From contig JBFMHR010000005.1 of NCBI GenBank assembly GCA_040751795.1, forward strand, positions 1 to 64,000: a stretch of DNA of 64,000 bases. Reading direction: 5' to 3'. Below the pieces are notes generated by a model, which was not told the origin of the DNA, ran no database searches, and worked only from the letters and a program-made list of their open reading frames with translations. Position 1 is the stretch's first letter. The number at the start of each line of letters is the position of its first letter. This DNA comes from Thermoplasmatota archaeon. GTDB lineage: Archaea > Thermoplasmatota > Thermoplasmata > UBA10834. Below, piece by piece: positions 1 through 10,079 of the stretch. Position numbers and translations under genes: made by a program.

Positions 1-141
1 AGAGGTTTGTCCGCTAAACTCCCCAACCCGCGAACGAGATGAGAATCGCTGATAGGAGGCAGAAGAGAAAAGAAGAAGGAAAGTGATTTGGAAGAGGCGC
101 GAGGGCCTCTTCACATAGAGGTTTGCGGTCCGCGCGCCACC

Positions 142-3100
142 TCAGTCGACGACCGTCACGACGACCTCGATCCTGAACATGTCCGAGGACCCGAGGAAGC
201 CGAAGGTCGCCGCGCCGACGTACGTCCCGGCCACGGCCGGCACGCTCCAGTCGATCTGGAACCAGTGCACGCCCGTGCCGACTGGGGTCTCGATGCCGGT
301 GGCCTCGATGCTCGCGCCCTGGATGCCCTGCTTCACGCTCAGCCCGAAGTAGCCAGGGTCGTCCGAGACGGTGTAGCCGAGCACCTTGACCAGGTACTGC
401 CCGTCGGGCAGGTCCCTGAGCGTCAGCGTCTCCGAGGAGCCGCCCATGCCAACGTACCAGTACGGCTCGTCGAGCGTGGCTATCCCGTCCATGTTGACGT
501 CCTGCCACAGCCCGAGGTCGATGTCCGGGCACCCTGAGACCTCCCAGACGGAGACTATCAGGATGCTCGCCGTCTGGACGGTTATGGCCCTGGTGTACGC
601 CGCGTTGGCGAGGTCGGCCTCGAAGTCCGCCGAGAGCGGGTCCTGGTGGATAGCCTCGTGGTCCCACTCCACGGCTATGGTCGGGTCCACGCCTCCGCCC
701 GCTGCCTCGACCTCGCCGTCGACGGTGATGTCGTAGTAGGCGTCGACCGTGCCGGACACCGCGTCGCCGTCGGAGATGTCGACGTCGATCGACACCCCGT
801 CGGGGCTGACCTCGTTAAGGACGACCCACTTGGTCATGCCCTGGAACGACTCCCTGGGCTCGTCGCCTGCCATGAGCGGGCACCTGAGCACCACCGCGAA
901 CGGGGCGGGCGTGCCGAGCGCGTTCTCGTAGGCGCCCAGCGGGGCCGCTATTACCTCCTTGGCCTCGCCCGTGTTGGTGTACAGGCCGAACACTCCCGCG
1001 CCCATGTACCTCTCATCGCTGGACGCCACCGCCTTCTGGTAGAAGCCGGGGCCGTAGGGCGCGGCGAAGACCTGCTGGTCCGCCTCGTCAGGGTCCACGG
1101 CAACAGGCGCGAGCACGTGCACGTTGATGTCCGTGTCCGTCTCGCCCTCGTCCCACTCCACGGATGCCATCAGGTACGCGTCCTCGTCGGGCATCTCCGA
1201 GGGCAGCGACCAGTAGATGCGCCAGTCGCCGACCTCGAACCTCCACCACTTGTCGGACTCGCCCACGACGTCGTTGTTGTAGGGCGTGTCGAAGCACGAC
1301 TCTCCGCCGAACTCGAACTCGTACCCGGTCGCCGGGACGTTGATGAGTAACGGCATGCTCTGCACCCGGGCCCCGTCGCCGATGTAGACGGCCGCGCCGT
1401 ACGAGCCGACGGGCGCGTCCTCGGGCACGCTCACCTTGAGCTCCCACGAGACCTGCCCTCCGGCGGGCACCTCGACAGACAGGGAGTCCTGCCAGTCGTC
1501 CTCGCCGGCGAGGCTGACCTGCGCCCACGGGAACGCCTGCAGCGTGTAGTAGTCCAGCTGCACGTCGACCGGTATGCCCATGGTCGGGGTTATGGCCCGG
1601 ACCCTGACGATCATTCCGTCGGTCGTGCGCGCGAGCGGGTCCTTTATCATTATCTGGTTCACGTTGCACTGGGACCCGTCGACGCTGTACCTCAGGAGCT
1701 CCCAGTTGGAGCCCTTGACGTTCACGACGCCGTTGCCGTTCAGGTCGACCCAGTCGTGCACCTCGAGCCAGTACTCGAAGTCAGCGACGTAGTCCATGTT
1801 CGGGTCGAGCGACCTGATCGGCATGTACATCGTGACCTTCAGGAGGTCCGTCCCGTCCGGGATGTAGTCCGTGATGTCCAGCAGGATGTCGCCGGTCATC
1901 TTCGTCACCGACGGGATCACGTCGGAGCCGGTCCTGAGGAGCAGCTGGCTCGATATGCCGACCGTCGCGGCCTCGCCGCCGAAGTTGGTGGTCGTCACGA
2001 GCTCCACGTCCGACTCCCCTGGCAGTATGAAGTTCGGCGAGAACTCGTAGCTGACGCCGTCGAGGCCGCCCGGGTAGAGCGCCGCCTTGGCGAACATCTC
2101 GCCGTCGACAAGGGACACGACGCCCTCGGACCCGGCCATCGCGGAGGCGTAGGTGCCGGCGTTGAGCCAGCCCGCGCCCTGCTTGAACGGGTCGTACTTC
2201 ATGTCGTCCGCGGAGGCCATGAGCACCGCCTTGGCGTAGTCCTTGTCCGGGACCACGCCGGTCGCCAGCATGTACGCCTGGTATCCGAGCGCCGCGCCTC
2301 CGGCGGTCGTGGGCGTCGCGTGGCTCGTGCCGCTCCCCACCTGCAGGTGGGCCGCGCCGTTGCCTATGGTGCCGAGCTCGTCGGCGATGTTGAGTGGCAT
2401 CGGCTCCAGCGAGTACATGCCCGAGGCGATTATCTCGGCGTTCAGCTTGCCGTTCCTCCCTGGCCCCGAGTTGGAGAACGGGGCCACGTCGCCCCACTTC
2501 TGTTCGTCGGGTATGGTCTCGTAGCCGAGCCAGTACCTGTACTGCATGGTCGTGCCCGCTCCGACGTGGACCGAGGTCGCGTCGACGATGCTGTGCGCCG
2601 TGCCGTACCCCGGCCCGCCGTTGCCGGTCGACCAGAACCAGAGGGTCGGGCCCTGCATGGATATGGTCGTCGCAATCATGTCGAGCTCGGTGTAGCCCGC
2701 GTCGACCGCCGTGTCGGACCAGCCGTAGCTGTTGGTGACGAGGGTCGCCTCGTCCCCGGTCCCGGCCACGCCGTCGACGCCGAACTGTGCGAACATCCAC
2801 GCGTTCACCGTGCTGCCGGTGAAGGGTATGCAGATGAGCCTCGCGCCGGGGGCCATGCCCGCCAGCTGCCCGCCCATGGTGAAGCCCTGGGCGACGGCCG
2901 AGGACGATGTCATCGTCCCGTGTGTGCCCGCGTATGCGCCCATGAATGCGACCGCGTCGCCAGCGCCGGCGGTCCAGGTGGCCCCGTAGGTCCAGCCGGA
3001 GGCCGGGTAGACGTTCACGCCGTCGGCGATCCAGTACGCCATTCCGCCGGAGTAGTCGGCGAAGCCGTCCCCGGCGTTCCAGGCGCTGGTGTCGGTGAGG

Positions 3101-4113
3101 CCAGTTGATGCGTCGTAGAGGTCGAAGTAGGATATCTCGTCGCCCATGGTGCAGGGCTTGTCGTTGACGAACGAGAAGTCGCGCAGCACGTCGACATAGA
3201 CCATGTCGTACACGCCCGCGGTCGTCGAGTCCACGACCAGGACCGCGGCCGGCCCGCCCCATAGGGCGGCCAGGGTCGGGTCAGGGTGGTACCCGATGTG
3301 GTAGACGCCGCTCGCGCTCTTGACCTTGTTCCCGTCGATGTCGAGCAGGCCCTTGACCTTGTACTTGACGCCGTCGAACAGGATGCTCGTGCCCTTCTTG
3401 GCCGATACCTCGGTCGTCGTGTCGGCCATCCATCCGCCTATCTCGCCCCTGCTCCACTGGTTGGCGGCGTAGTCGTCGTAGGCGATGGGCCAGCCGGCGT
3501 AGGCGCCGGACTCGTACCTGGCCTGCTGCCCCTGCATGTCGGGGTGGGCCATGTCGAAGCCGTCGTCGATGACCGCGAGCAGGACGCCCTCTCCGTCGTA
3601 GCCGTCCTCCCACGCGTCCACCGCGCCGTGGACCACGTCTATGTCGTAGTCCTCCGGCATCGGGGCGACCGTGTCAATCGAAGGGACGTCCTTGACGAGG
3701 TCTGCGTCGGAGTCGTCGACGCTCGGCCTCTCGAAGGCCATTATGCCCGTGACGCCGTCCGCCGCCGCCAGGGCCGATATGGCCCCCGCGTCCAGGGACA
3801 TCAGGCTCACGGTCGGGATCCCGGCGAACTCCTTGCTCGCTATCTCCGGGAGCCCCATCGAGGCGAGCACGGCGTTGGCCGCCGCCCTCTCCTCGGCGAT
3901 CACATACACTTCAAAGGGGCCGTCGGACGCCGACATCAGCTCGGCCAGCGCCGGGTCCAGGCGCGCCCCGCTGCCATTCAGGCCCGCGCCGTCCGCCCCG
4001 CCCGCCGCGTCCACCGCGGCTGTCGGCGCCGAGCCGACGACCGCGAGGGCGGCGACGAACATGATCGAAGCGAAGACGACGCTCAGGCTAGCTCTCTTCA
4101 ACCTAGTGTTCAC
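142..4113 (-). CDS. Secreted subtilase (S8, pyrolysin-like) serine protease, 1323 aa
   Basis: N-terminal signal peptide; catalytic motifs AVIDDGFD, HGTMTSS, WSTGNGG and GSGTSHATP; long insert between Asp and His; C-terminal PPC-like domain; GTG start with upstream GGGGGGAG. Confidence 0.9.
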   Translation of the reverse strand: MNTRLKRASLSVVFASIMFVAALAVVGSAPTAAVDAAGGADGAGLNGSGARLDPALAELMSASDGPFEVYVIAEERAAANAVLASMGLPEIASKEFAGIPTVSLMSLDAGAISALAAADGVTGIMAFERPSVDDSDADLVKDVPSIDTVAPMPEDYDIDVVHGAVDAWEDGYDGEGVLLAVIDDGFDMAHPDMQGQQARYESGAYAGWPIAYDDYAANQWSRGEIGGWMADTTTEVSAKKGTSILFDGVKYKVKGLLDIDGNKVKSASGVYHIGYHPDPTLAALWGGPAAVLVVDSTTAGVYDMVYVDVLRDFSFVNDKPCTMGDEISYFDLYDASTGLTDTSAWNAGDGFADYSGGMAYWIADGVNVYPASGWTYGATWTAGAGDAVAFMGAYAGTHGTMTSSSAVAQGFTMGGQLAGMAPGARLICIPFTGSTVNAWMFAQFGVDGVAGTGDEATLVTNSYGWSDTAVDAGYTELDMIATTISMQGPTLWFWSTGNGGPGYGTAHSIVDATSVHVGAGTTMQYRYWLGYETIPDEQKWGDVAPFSNSGPGRNGKLNAEIIASGMYSLEPMPLNIADELGTIGNGAAHLQVGSGTSHATPTTAGGAALGYQAYMLATGVVPDKDYAKAVLMASADDMKYDPFKQGAGWLNAGTYASAMAGSEGVVSLVDGEMFAKAALYPGGLDGVSYEFSPNFILPGESDVELVTTTNFGGEAATVGISSQLLLRTGSDVIPSVTKMTGDILLDITDYIPDGTDLLKVTMYMPIRSLDPNMDYVADFEYWLEVHDWVDLNGNGVVNVKGSNWELLRYSVDGSQCNVNQIMIKDPLARTTDGMIVRVRAITPTMGIPVDVQLDYYTLQAFPWAQVSLAGEDDWQDSLSVEVPAGGQVSWELKVSVPEDAPVGSYGAAVYIGDGARVQSMPLLINVPATGYEFEFGGESCFDTPYNNDVVGESDKWWRFEVGDWRIYWSLPSEMPDEDAYLMASVEWDEGETDTDINVHVLAPVAVDPDEADQQVFAAPYGPGFYQKAVASSDERYMGAGVFGLYTNTGEAKEVIAAPLGAYENALGTPAPFAVVLRCPLMAGDEPRESFQGMTKWVVLNEVSPDGVSIDVDISDGDAVSGTVDAYYDITVDGEVEAAGGGVDPTIAVEWDHEAIHQDPLSADFEADLANAAYTRAITVQTASILIVSVWEVSGCPDIDLGLWQDVNMDGIATLDEPYWYVGMGGSSETLTLRDLPDGQYLVKVLGYTVSDDPGYFGLSVKQGIQGASIEATGIETPVGTGVHWFQIDWSVPAVAGTYVGAATFGFLGSSDMFRIEVVVTVVD

Positions 4114-4133
4114 AGTCTCTCCCCCCGTTGTCT

Positions 4134-4193
4134 CAGCATATTATTGTACAATTATGCTGCGCACCGGAGAGCGGACTTGCCGCTATTAAGTCC
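4134..4193 (-). promoter_or_regulatory. TATA-like box (TTAATA) followed by an AT-rich palindrome upstream of the S8 protease
   Basis: CAGCATA-TT-ATTGTACAAT-TATGCTG at 4134-4159; minus-strand CTTAATAG near 4183-4190. Confidence 0.5.
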
Positions 4194-4272
4194 TACCGGT
4201 CAGTAGGGCCCGGAGTGGTGCAAGGGACGAAATGAAAACGGGTAAAGGGTTTGCCGGGTTTGCGCGTCTAGC

Positions 4273-7200
4273 CTAGTCCTCCGGGGGCGGGGCGGGCTCG
4301 CTCCCGCCCTTCTTCCTGCTCAGCATGAACCAGACCACGACCAGGAGCACGATCGCCACGAGGAACAGCCCCACGGACATGTACATGAGCAGGTCCGCGA
4401 AGGCGTCCGCGTCGTCCACCCTGGTGTTCACGTCGTCCACGTCCTGCTGGACCTGGTCCTCGAGGGCGTCGATCTGCTCCTGGAGGTCGGCTATCTCCTG
4501 GAGGAGCGACTCGTTGAGGTCCCCGACCTGTCCGTCCAGGTCCGCCTGGAGGGCGTCGAGGTCATCCTGCAACGCATCTATCAGGCTCTGCAGCACCTCG
4601 TCGTCCGTGACGAGGTCGTCTATCTGGTCCTGCAGCCCGTCGACCAGGTCCTGGAGCTCGTCCGGCGTCACGTACACAGGCGGCTCGTAGGTCACCACGA
4701 TGCTCTGGCTCGCCGAGTTGCCTAGCGCGTCCTCCGCGACGACCGTCACTGTGTTGTCGCCCTCCGAGAGGGCGATGACCGCGCTGAAGCCCCCCGCGCC
4801 GTCCGCCGCCGACACGCCGTTGACCCAGACCTCCGCGGCCGGGTCGTCGACTGTGCCGGTGACGGTCACGGAAGCCTCCGTGACGACGTCCTGGTCGTCA
4901 GGCGAGGATATCACGGCGGCCGGCGCGGTCGTGTCGAGCACGACCGACACCTCGGCCGACGCGGTGTTGCCCACCCCGTCGGTCGCCTCGACGAGGAAGG
5001 TGTTGTCCCCCTCGGAGAGGGCGAAGGTGTCGGAGAAGGTCCCGTCCGGGTTCACGGAGACTGGGACGCCGTCTATGAGCAGCGTGGCGTCCTCGTCCGT
5101 CCATCCCGTGATGTCCACGGATGCCGCGGCCGTCGGCGACCCTACGTCCTCGACCCAGAGCCTGCAGTGCGTGTCCGACTCGATCATCTTGACCACCGAG
5201 GCGTGCACGCCGGCGTCGTTGACCGTTTCGATGGTCACTATGTTCAGGCCCTCCTGCAGCGCCAGCGCGCTCTCCTCGTAGTAGCCGTCCGAGTCGGACT
5301 CCACGTAGTACGAGTCCCACTCCGTCGTTATCGACACGTCGGAGTACGGGTCCGTGTAGCCCCTGACCAGCACCTCGGTGAGGTTGACGGTCGAGCTGTC
5401 GGGTATGGCGGTCCCGGTGCCCGGGTCGGCGAACTCCGCCCAGAACTCCTCGAACACGGAGTTCACGGAGAACTCGGCGTACTCGTACACCCAGTTCCAG
5501 TAGATGTCGCGGGCGTAGATCTCGAGGTAGTGTTCGCCCTGCGTGAGCGGGTAGTGCCACGCTATGGTGACGTTGGCGTCGTCGACCGAGGCGTACCACT
5601 GCATCTCCCAGATCCCGTCCAGGTAGACATAGAAGTCCCACGAGGCCCAGCCGGAGTAGAAGTTGGCGTGGTCGTTCACGTAGAACGACACCACCAGGTC
5701 CGTCGTGGGTATCGCGGAGCCGTCCGCCGGGGACAGGTTGTCTATCGAGGGCTCGCCCACGTCCGTGACGACCACCACGAACGGGATGCTGATGGAGTCG
5801 TCCGCCCCCAGGAACCCGATCGTGGCCCAGCCGACGAAGACCCCGACCCTCTCGGGCACGCTGTACGAGATGTTGAACTCGTGCGTGCCTGAGCCTGCCA
5901 GCGTCTCGTAGTCGGTCACCTCGATGTAACCGGGGACGCCCATCAGGACGGTCAGGTAGAAGTACCCTGGGTCGCCCGTGACATCGTACCCCAGCACCTT
6001 GATCAGGTACAGCCCGTCCTCTGGGTCCGGCAGCTCGAGGGTCTCCGACGACCCGTAGGCCCCGACGTACCAGTACGGCTCGGTGAGGTCCGCCACGTAG
6101 TCCATGTCCGCGTCGTACCACAGCGCGAGGTCTATGTCCGGGCAGCCCCAGTCCTCCTCGACGCTCACCATCAGGCTGTGGCTGTCCTCGACCCATATGC
6201 CCAGGGTGTACCACGCGTCGGCGAGGTCCGCCACGAAGTCCCCGGTCAGGGTGTCCTGGTAGATGGCCTGCGACCCGTAGTCGAATAGCTCGTACGGGCC
6301 CTCTCCGCCGCCCTTCACATCGACGGCGTCGGTGACGGTTATGTCGTACCACCCGCCCTCGTAGACGCCCGTGAGCGGGATGGCGCCCGGCTGCGGGGCG
6401 TCGAGCCACACGTCGGTGGGATCGTACCCGTTGAGCTCGATCAGCGTCGTGAACCCGTACAGGGTGTCCTGCGCGGAGTGGCCCGCCATCACCGGGCACC
6501 TGGTGAGGATCGCGAACGGCGCCGGGCCCGTGTTGTCGATGTACGGGCCGAGGTCGGCGGTCAAGACCTCCCTTGCCTCCCCGGTGTTGGTCCCTATCCC
6601 GAACGTGCCGGCGCCCATGTAGTCCTCGTCGCTAGAGGCGATGGGCTCCATGGCCATGTCCGGCGCTAGCGGTTCCCAGAACTGGTCCCAGCCGGACCAG
6701 ACCGAGGCGAGCACGTGCACGTTGACGTCGGTCGGCAGCTCCGTCCACTCGACCGTCGTCACCAGCTGCGCGTTGTACGATATCCAGTCGGAGGGCATGC
6801 TCCAGTACATCCTCCAGTCGCCCACCTCGAACCTCCAGCCCTTGTCAGCGAGGCCGCTGAAGTCGTTGTTGTAGGGCGTGTCGAAGTACGAGGGCCCTCC
6901 GAACTCGAACTCGTAGTCCGCCGCGGGCACGTTGATGACCACCGGGATGCTCTGGACCCTGGAGCCGTAGTCGACGTATATCGCCGCGCCGTAGGTCCCG
7001 ACCGGTGCGTCGAGCGGCACCTCCACCCTGACCACCCAGTCGAACGCGCTCGATATTCCCAGCGACACGTCGAGGCCCGTGGTCCACTCGGTCCCGCCCC
7101 ATGGCATGAAGGTTATCCACGGGAAGGTCTGCAGCTCGTAGTAGTCCATCTGCACCGAGATGTTCAGCCCGGCCGCGCCGTCGTAGGCCCGGACGCGGAC

Positions 7201-9777
7201 TATGAGCCCGTCGCTGGTCCTGTCCATCGGGTCCTTTATCATGACCTGGTTGTAGTTGCAGTTCTCCCCGTCGACGGTGTACCTGGACAGCTCCCAGTTC
7301 AGCGAGGAGGTGTTCATGACGCCGTCCGTGTCGAGGTCCAGCCAGTCATGCAGCTCCAGCCAGTACTGGGCGTTGGACATGTAGTCCGTCTCCGGGTCGA
7401 ACTCCTCGAAGGGCATGAACATGGTCACCTTCAGGAGGTCGGTCGAGGCGGGCACGTACCCCGTCACGTCAAGGAACACGTCGCCCGAGTCCGCGGTCTG
7501 CAGCTCGATCAGGTCGGAACCGGTCTTCAGCAGGATCTTGCTGGTCACGTTGAAGTCCACCGGGTTCGCAATGTCATAATTGATGGTCTCGACCACGTGC
7601 GTGTCGTCGACCTCCCCGGGCAGCAGGAAGTTCGGCGAGGTCTCGTACCTGTTGCCGTAGACGTATCCCGGGTAGAGCGCGGCCTTGGTGATCGCCGGCT
7701 CGTTCCAGCCGGAGAACAGCAGCGACCCGGCGACGCCGTAGCCGTCGTACATGGCGCCCATGAGCCTCGTGAAGCCGCTTGCGTTGAGCCAGCCCGCGCC
7801 CTGCTTGAACGGGTCGAAGTGCATGTCGTCCGCCGTCGCCATGAGCGCGGCCTTGGCGTAGTCGTAGTCCGGGTAGTAGCCGTACCAGTTGTAGAACGCG
7901 CTGTACCCCAGCGCCGCGCCGCCCGCGACCGTCGGGGTCGCGTGGCTCGTTCCGCTCCCGATCTGGAAGTGCACGTACCCGTCGCCGATGGACCCGAACG
8001 CGTCCCAGTTGTTGAGGGGCATCGGTTCGAGCGAGTAGGCGCCCGACGCGACGATCTCCGCATTCAGCTTGCCGTTCCTGCCTGGGCCGGAGTTGGAGAA
8101 CGGGACCACGTCGCCCCACTTCGTGTTGTCGTAGTCCTGCTCGTACCCGAGCCAGTAGCGGTACTGCATGGTGGTGCCCGCCCCCACGTGTATCGACGAG
8201 AAGTCCGTGACGGTGTGGGCGGTCCCGTACCCAGGCCCACCGTTGCCGGTCGACCAGGCCCAGAGGGTGTTCCCTCCGTAGAAGCGCGAGATGTAGCCGG
8301 TATACATGTCGTACAGGTCGTAGCCCGCCCATATCGCGGTGTCGGACCAGCCGTAGCTGTTGGAGCATATGTTTGCTTCGTCACCCGTGCCGGCCACACC
8401 ATCCGCGCCCAGCTCTGCGAAGAGCCATGGGTAGACGACCCCGCCCGTCATCGGTATCGTGATGAGCTTCGCGCCGGGGGCCATGCCGGTCAGCATGCCC
8501 CACATCGACGCGCCGGTCCCCAGCGCAGCGGAGGCGGTCATCGTGCCGTGGCTCTCGCCGAGGAAGAACTCCCCGACGAACGCGACGGCCTCCCCGCTCC
8601 CAGGCACCCACCAGTCGCCGTAGTAGATGCTACCGGGCAGGGCATATACCCCGTCGCTGATCCAGTAGACCATCCCACCGGAGAGGTCGGGGTATCCGTC
8701 ACCGGCGTTCCAGGCGGACCAGTCGAACAGGCCTGTCCCCGAGTCGTAGCAGTCGTAGTACGAGGTCTCGTCGCCCATCACGCAGGCCTTCTCGTCGGTG
8801 AAGTCGAAGTCGCAGTCGACGTCGACGTAGACGGTGTCGTAGTAGTAGGGCACGACAGAGTCGACGACGAGCACGCCGACGGGCGAGTCCATGATGTACG
8901 CCAGGTTGGCGTCCGTGTGCCAGCCGATGTGGTATTCGCCGCTCTGGCTCGTGACGGGGACGCCCAGCACGTCCGTCAGCCCGTCGATGTAGAAGTCGTA
9001 CCCGTCGAAGTAGGCGTATCCGAACCCGTCGTCCCATGTCCATTCGCTGGTGTCGGAGACCCATCCGCCGATCTCACCGTTGCCCCAAGCCTCGGCCGCC
9101 GCGTCGTCGTAGGATATCGGCCAGCCGTCGTACGGGCCGCCGTTGTACCTCGCCTGCTGCCCGAGCAGGTCCGGGTGCGCCATGTCGAAGCCCGTGTCGA
9201 TGACGGCGATGGTCACGTCGGTGCCATCGTAGCCCATCATCCACGCGTCCTCCGCGCCGTGCACGATGTCCACGTCGTAATCCTCCGGCTCGGGCGGGGC
9301 GGCCTTGAAGTCGGGTATCTGCAGGTCGGGATCGACCTCCGGCCGGTCGTACTGCACCGGGTAGTAGGTCAGGACCCTGTACACGCCCGGGTTCTCCGCC
9401 AGCGCCTTGATCTGTCCGGAGTCGAGGGTCATCTCCCTGACCGCCGGAAGCCCGGGTATCTCCACGCCCCCGATCAGGGGTAGCCCCTCGTCGAAGAGCA
9501 GGGGGTTCACGGCCTCCCGGTCCGATACGAAGACGGTCACCCTGAACGGCCCGTCGGACCTCGCGATCCTCTCGCTCAGCTCGGCGTCCATCTTCTCGGT
9601 GGGGTCCCTGACCGCCACCCCGTCGAAGACGCCGTAGTCGGGTGCGGGCTCGTCCGCGAGCGCCGCGTCGGCCCTGGCCGGCGCGGACGCCAACACGACG
9701 AAGGACGCCGTCACCATCAATGCCATCAGCAGAAAGCTCAAACTCGAACGTCTATACTCTCCAATCACAATCTTCAT
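4273..9777 (-). CDS. Membrane-anchored S8 (pyrolysin-like) protease with Ig-like repeats, coiled coil and C-terminal TM anchor
   Basis: Motifs AVIDTGFD, SHGTMTAS and GSGTSHATP; paralog of 142..4113; repeated 'L.EG.N' Ig-like modules; acidic heptad stretch; C-terminal TM followed by RKK. Start moved to ATG 9777 (MKIVIG), preceded by GAGGAGG. Confidence 0.9.
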   Translation of the reverse strand: MKIVIGEYRRSSLSFLLMALMVTASFVVLASAPARADAALADEPAPDYGVFDGVAVRDPTEKMDAELSERIARSDGPFRVTVFVSDREAVNPLLFDEGLPLIGGVEIPGLPAVREMTLDSGQIKALAENPGVYRVLTYYPVQYDRPEVDPDLQIPDFKAAPPEPEDYDVDIVHGAEDAWMMGYDGTDVTIAVIDTGFDMAHPDLLGQQARYNGGPYDGWPISYDDAAAEAWGNGEIGGWVSDTSEWTWDDGFGYAYFDGYDFYIDGLTDVLGVPVTSQSGEYHIGWHTDANLAYIMDSPVGVLVVDSVVPYYYDTVYVDVDCDFDFTDEKACVMGDETSYYDCYDSGTGLFDWSAWNAGDGYPDLSGGMVYWISDGVYALPGSIYYGDWWVPGSGEAVAFVGEFFLGESHGTMTASAALGTGASMWGMLTGMAPGAKLITIPMTGGVVYPWLFAELGADGVAGTGDEANICSNSYGWSDTAIWAGYDLYDMYTGYISRFYGGNTLWAWSTGNGGPGYGTAHTVTDFSSIHVGAGTTMQYRYWLGYEQDYDNTKWGDVVPFSNSGPGRNGKLNAEIVASGAYSLEPMPLNNWDAFGSIGDGYVHFQIGSGTSHATPTVAGGAALGYSAFYNWYGYYPDYDYAKAALMATADDMHFDPFKQGAGWLNASGFTRLMGAMYDGYGVAGSLLFSGWNEPAITKAALYPGYVYGNRYETSPNFLLPGEVDDTHVVETINYDIANPVDFNVTSKILLKTGSDLIELQTADSGDVFLDVTGYVPASTDLLKVTMFMPFEEFDPETDYMSNAQYWLELHDWLDLDTDGVMNTSSLNWELSRYTVDGENCNYNQVMIKDPMDRTSDGLIVRVRAYDGAAGLNISVQMDYYELQTFPWITFMPWGGTEWTTGLDVSLGISSAFDWVVRVEVPLDAPVGTYGAAIYVDYGSRVQSIPVVINVPAADYEFEFGGPSYFDTPYNNDFSGLADKGWRFEVGDWRMYWSMPSDWISYNAQLVTTVEWTELPTDVNVHVLASVWSGWDQFWEPLAPDMAMEPIASSDEDYMGAGTFGIGTNTGEAREVLTADLGPYIDNTGPAPFAILTRCPVMAGHSAQDTLYGFTTLIELNGYDPTDVWLDAPQPGAIPLTGVYEGGWYDITVTDAVDVKGGGEGPYELFDYGSQAIYQDTLTGDFVADLADAWYTLGIWVEDSHSLMVSVEEDWGCPDIDLALWYDADMDYVADLTEPYWYVGAYGSSETLELPDPEDGLYLIKVLGYDVTGDPGYFYLTVLMGVPGYIEVTDYETLAGSGTHEFNISYSVPERVGVFVGWATIGFLGADDSISIPFVVVVTDVGEPSIDNLSPADGSAIPTTDLVVSFYVNDHANFYSGWASWDFYVYLDGIWEMQWYASVDDANVTIAWHYPLTQGEHYLEIYARDIYWNWVYEYAEFSVNSVFEEFWAEFADPGTGTAIPDSSTVNLTEVLVRGYTDPYSDVSITTEWDSYYVESDSDGYYEESALALQEGLNIVTIETVNDAGVHASVVKMIESDTHCRLWVEDVGSPTAAASVDITGWTDEDATLLIDGVPVSVNPDGTFSDTFALSEGDNTFLVEATDGVGNTASAEVSVVLDTTAPAAVISSPDDQDVVTEASVTVTGTVDDPAAEVWVNGVSAADGAGGFSAVIALSEGDNTVTVVAEDALGNSASQSIVVTYEPPVYVTPDELQDLVDGLQDQIDDLVTDDEVLQSLIDALQDDLDALQADLDGQVGDLNESLLQEIADLQEQIDALEDQVQQDVDDVNTRVDDADAFADLLMYMSVGLFLVAIVLLVVVWFMLSRKKGGSEPAPPPED

Positions 9778-10079
9778 CCTCCTCGATCCTCCCCGGAGGG
9801 CGATTCGGGGGCGCGCCCTCCTGAAGCGGAATGTAACCACTTTACACTGTATATAACCGTATCGAGTTTCGGAGTACTGGCGCGCCCCTGTGTCATTGTT
9901 AATATTTGTCATGTCGAGGTTTGACTCGCAGCGGGGACAAGTGGCACCTCCGCGCCCGGCCTGGAGGGCTGCTTCTCGCCTCCGGGCGGCCCCCGGGCGC
10001 CGTAACTCGGAGCAAAGGTTGCGCGCAGCTCGTCAAATTTCAAGTACCGCAGGGTGTTACAGAGCATCGGAAAGACGGG

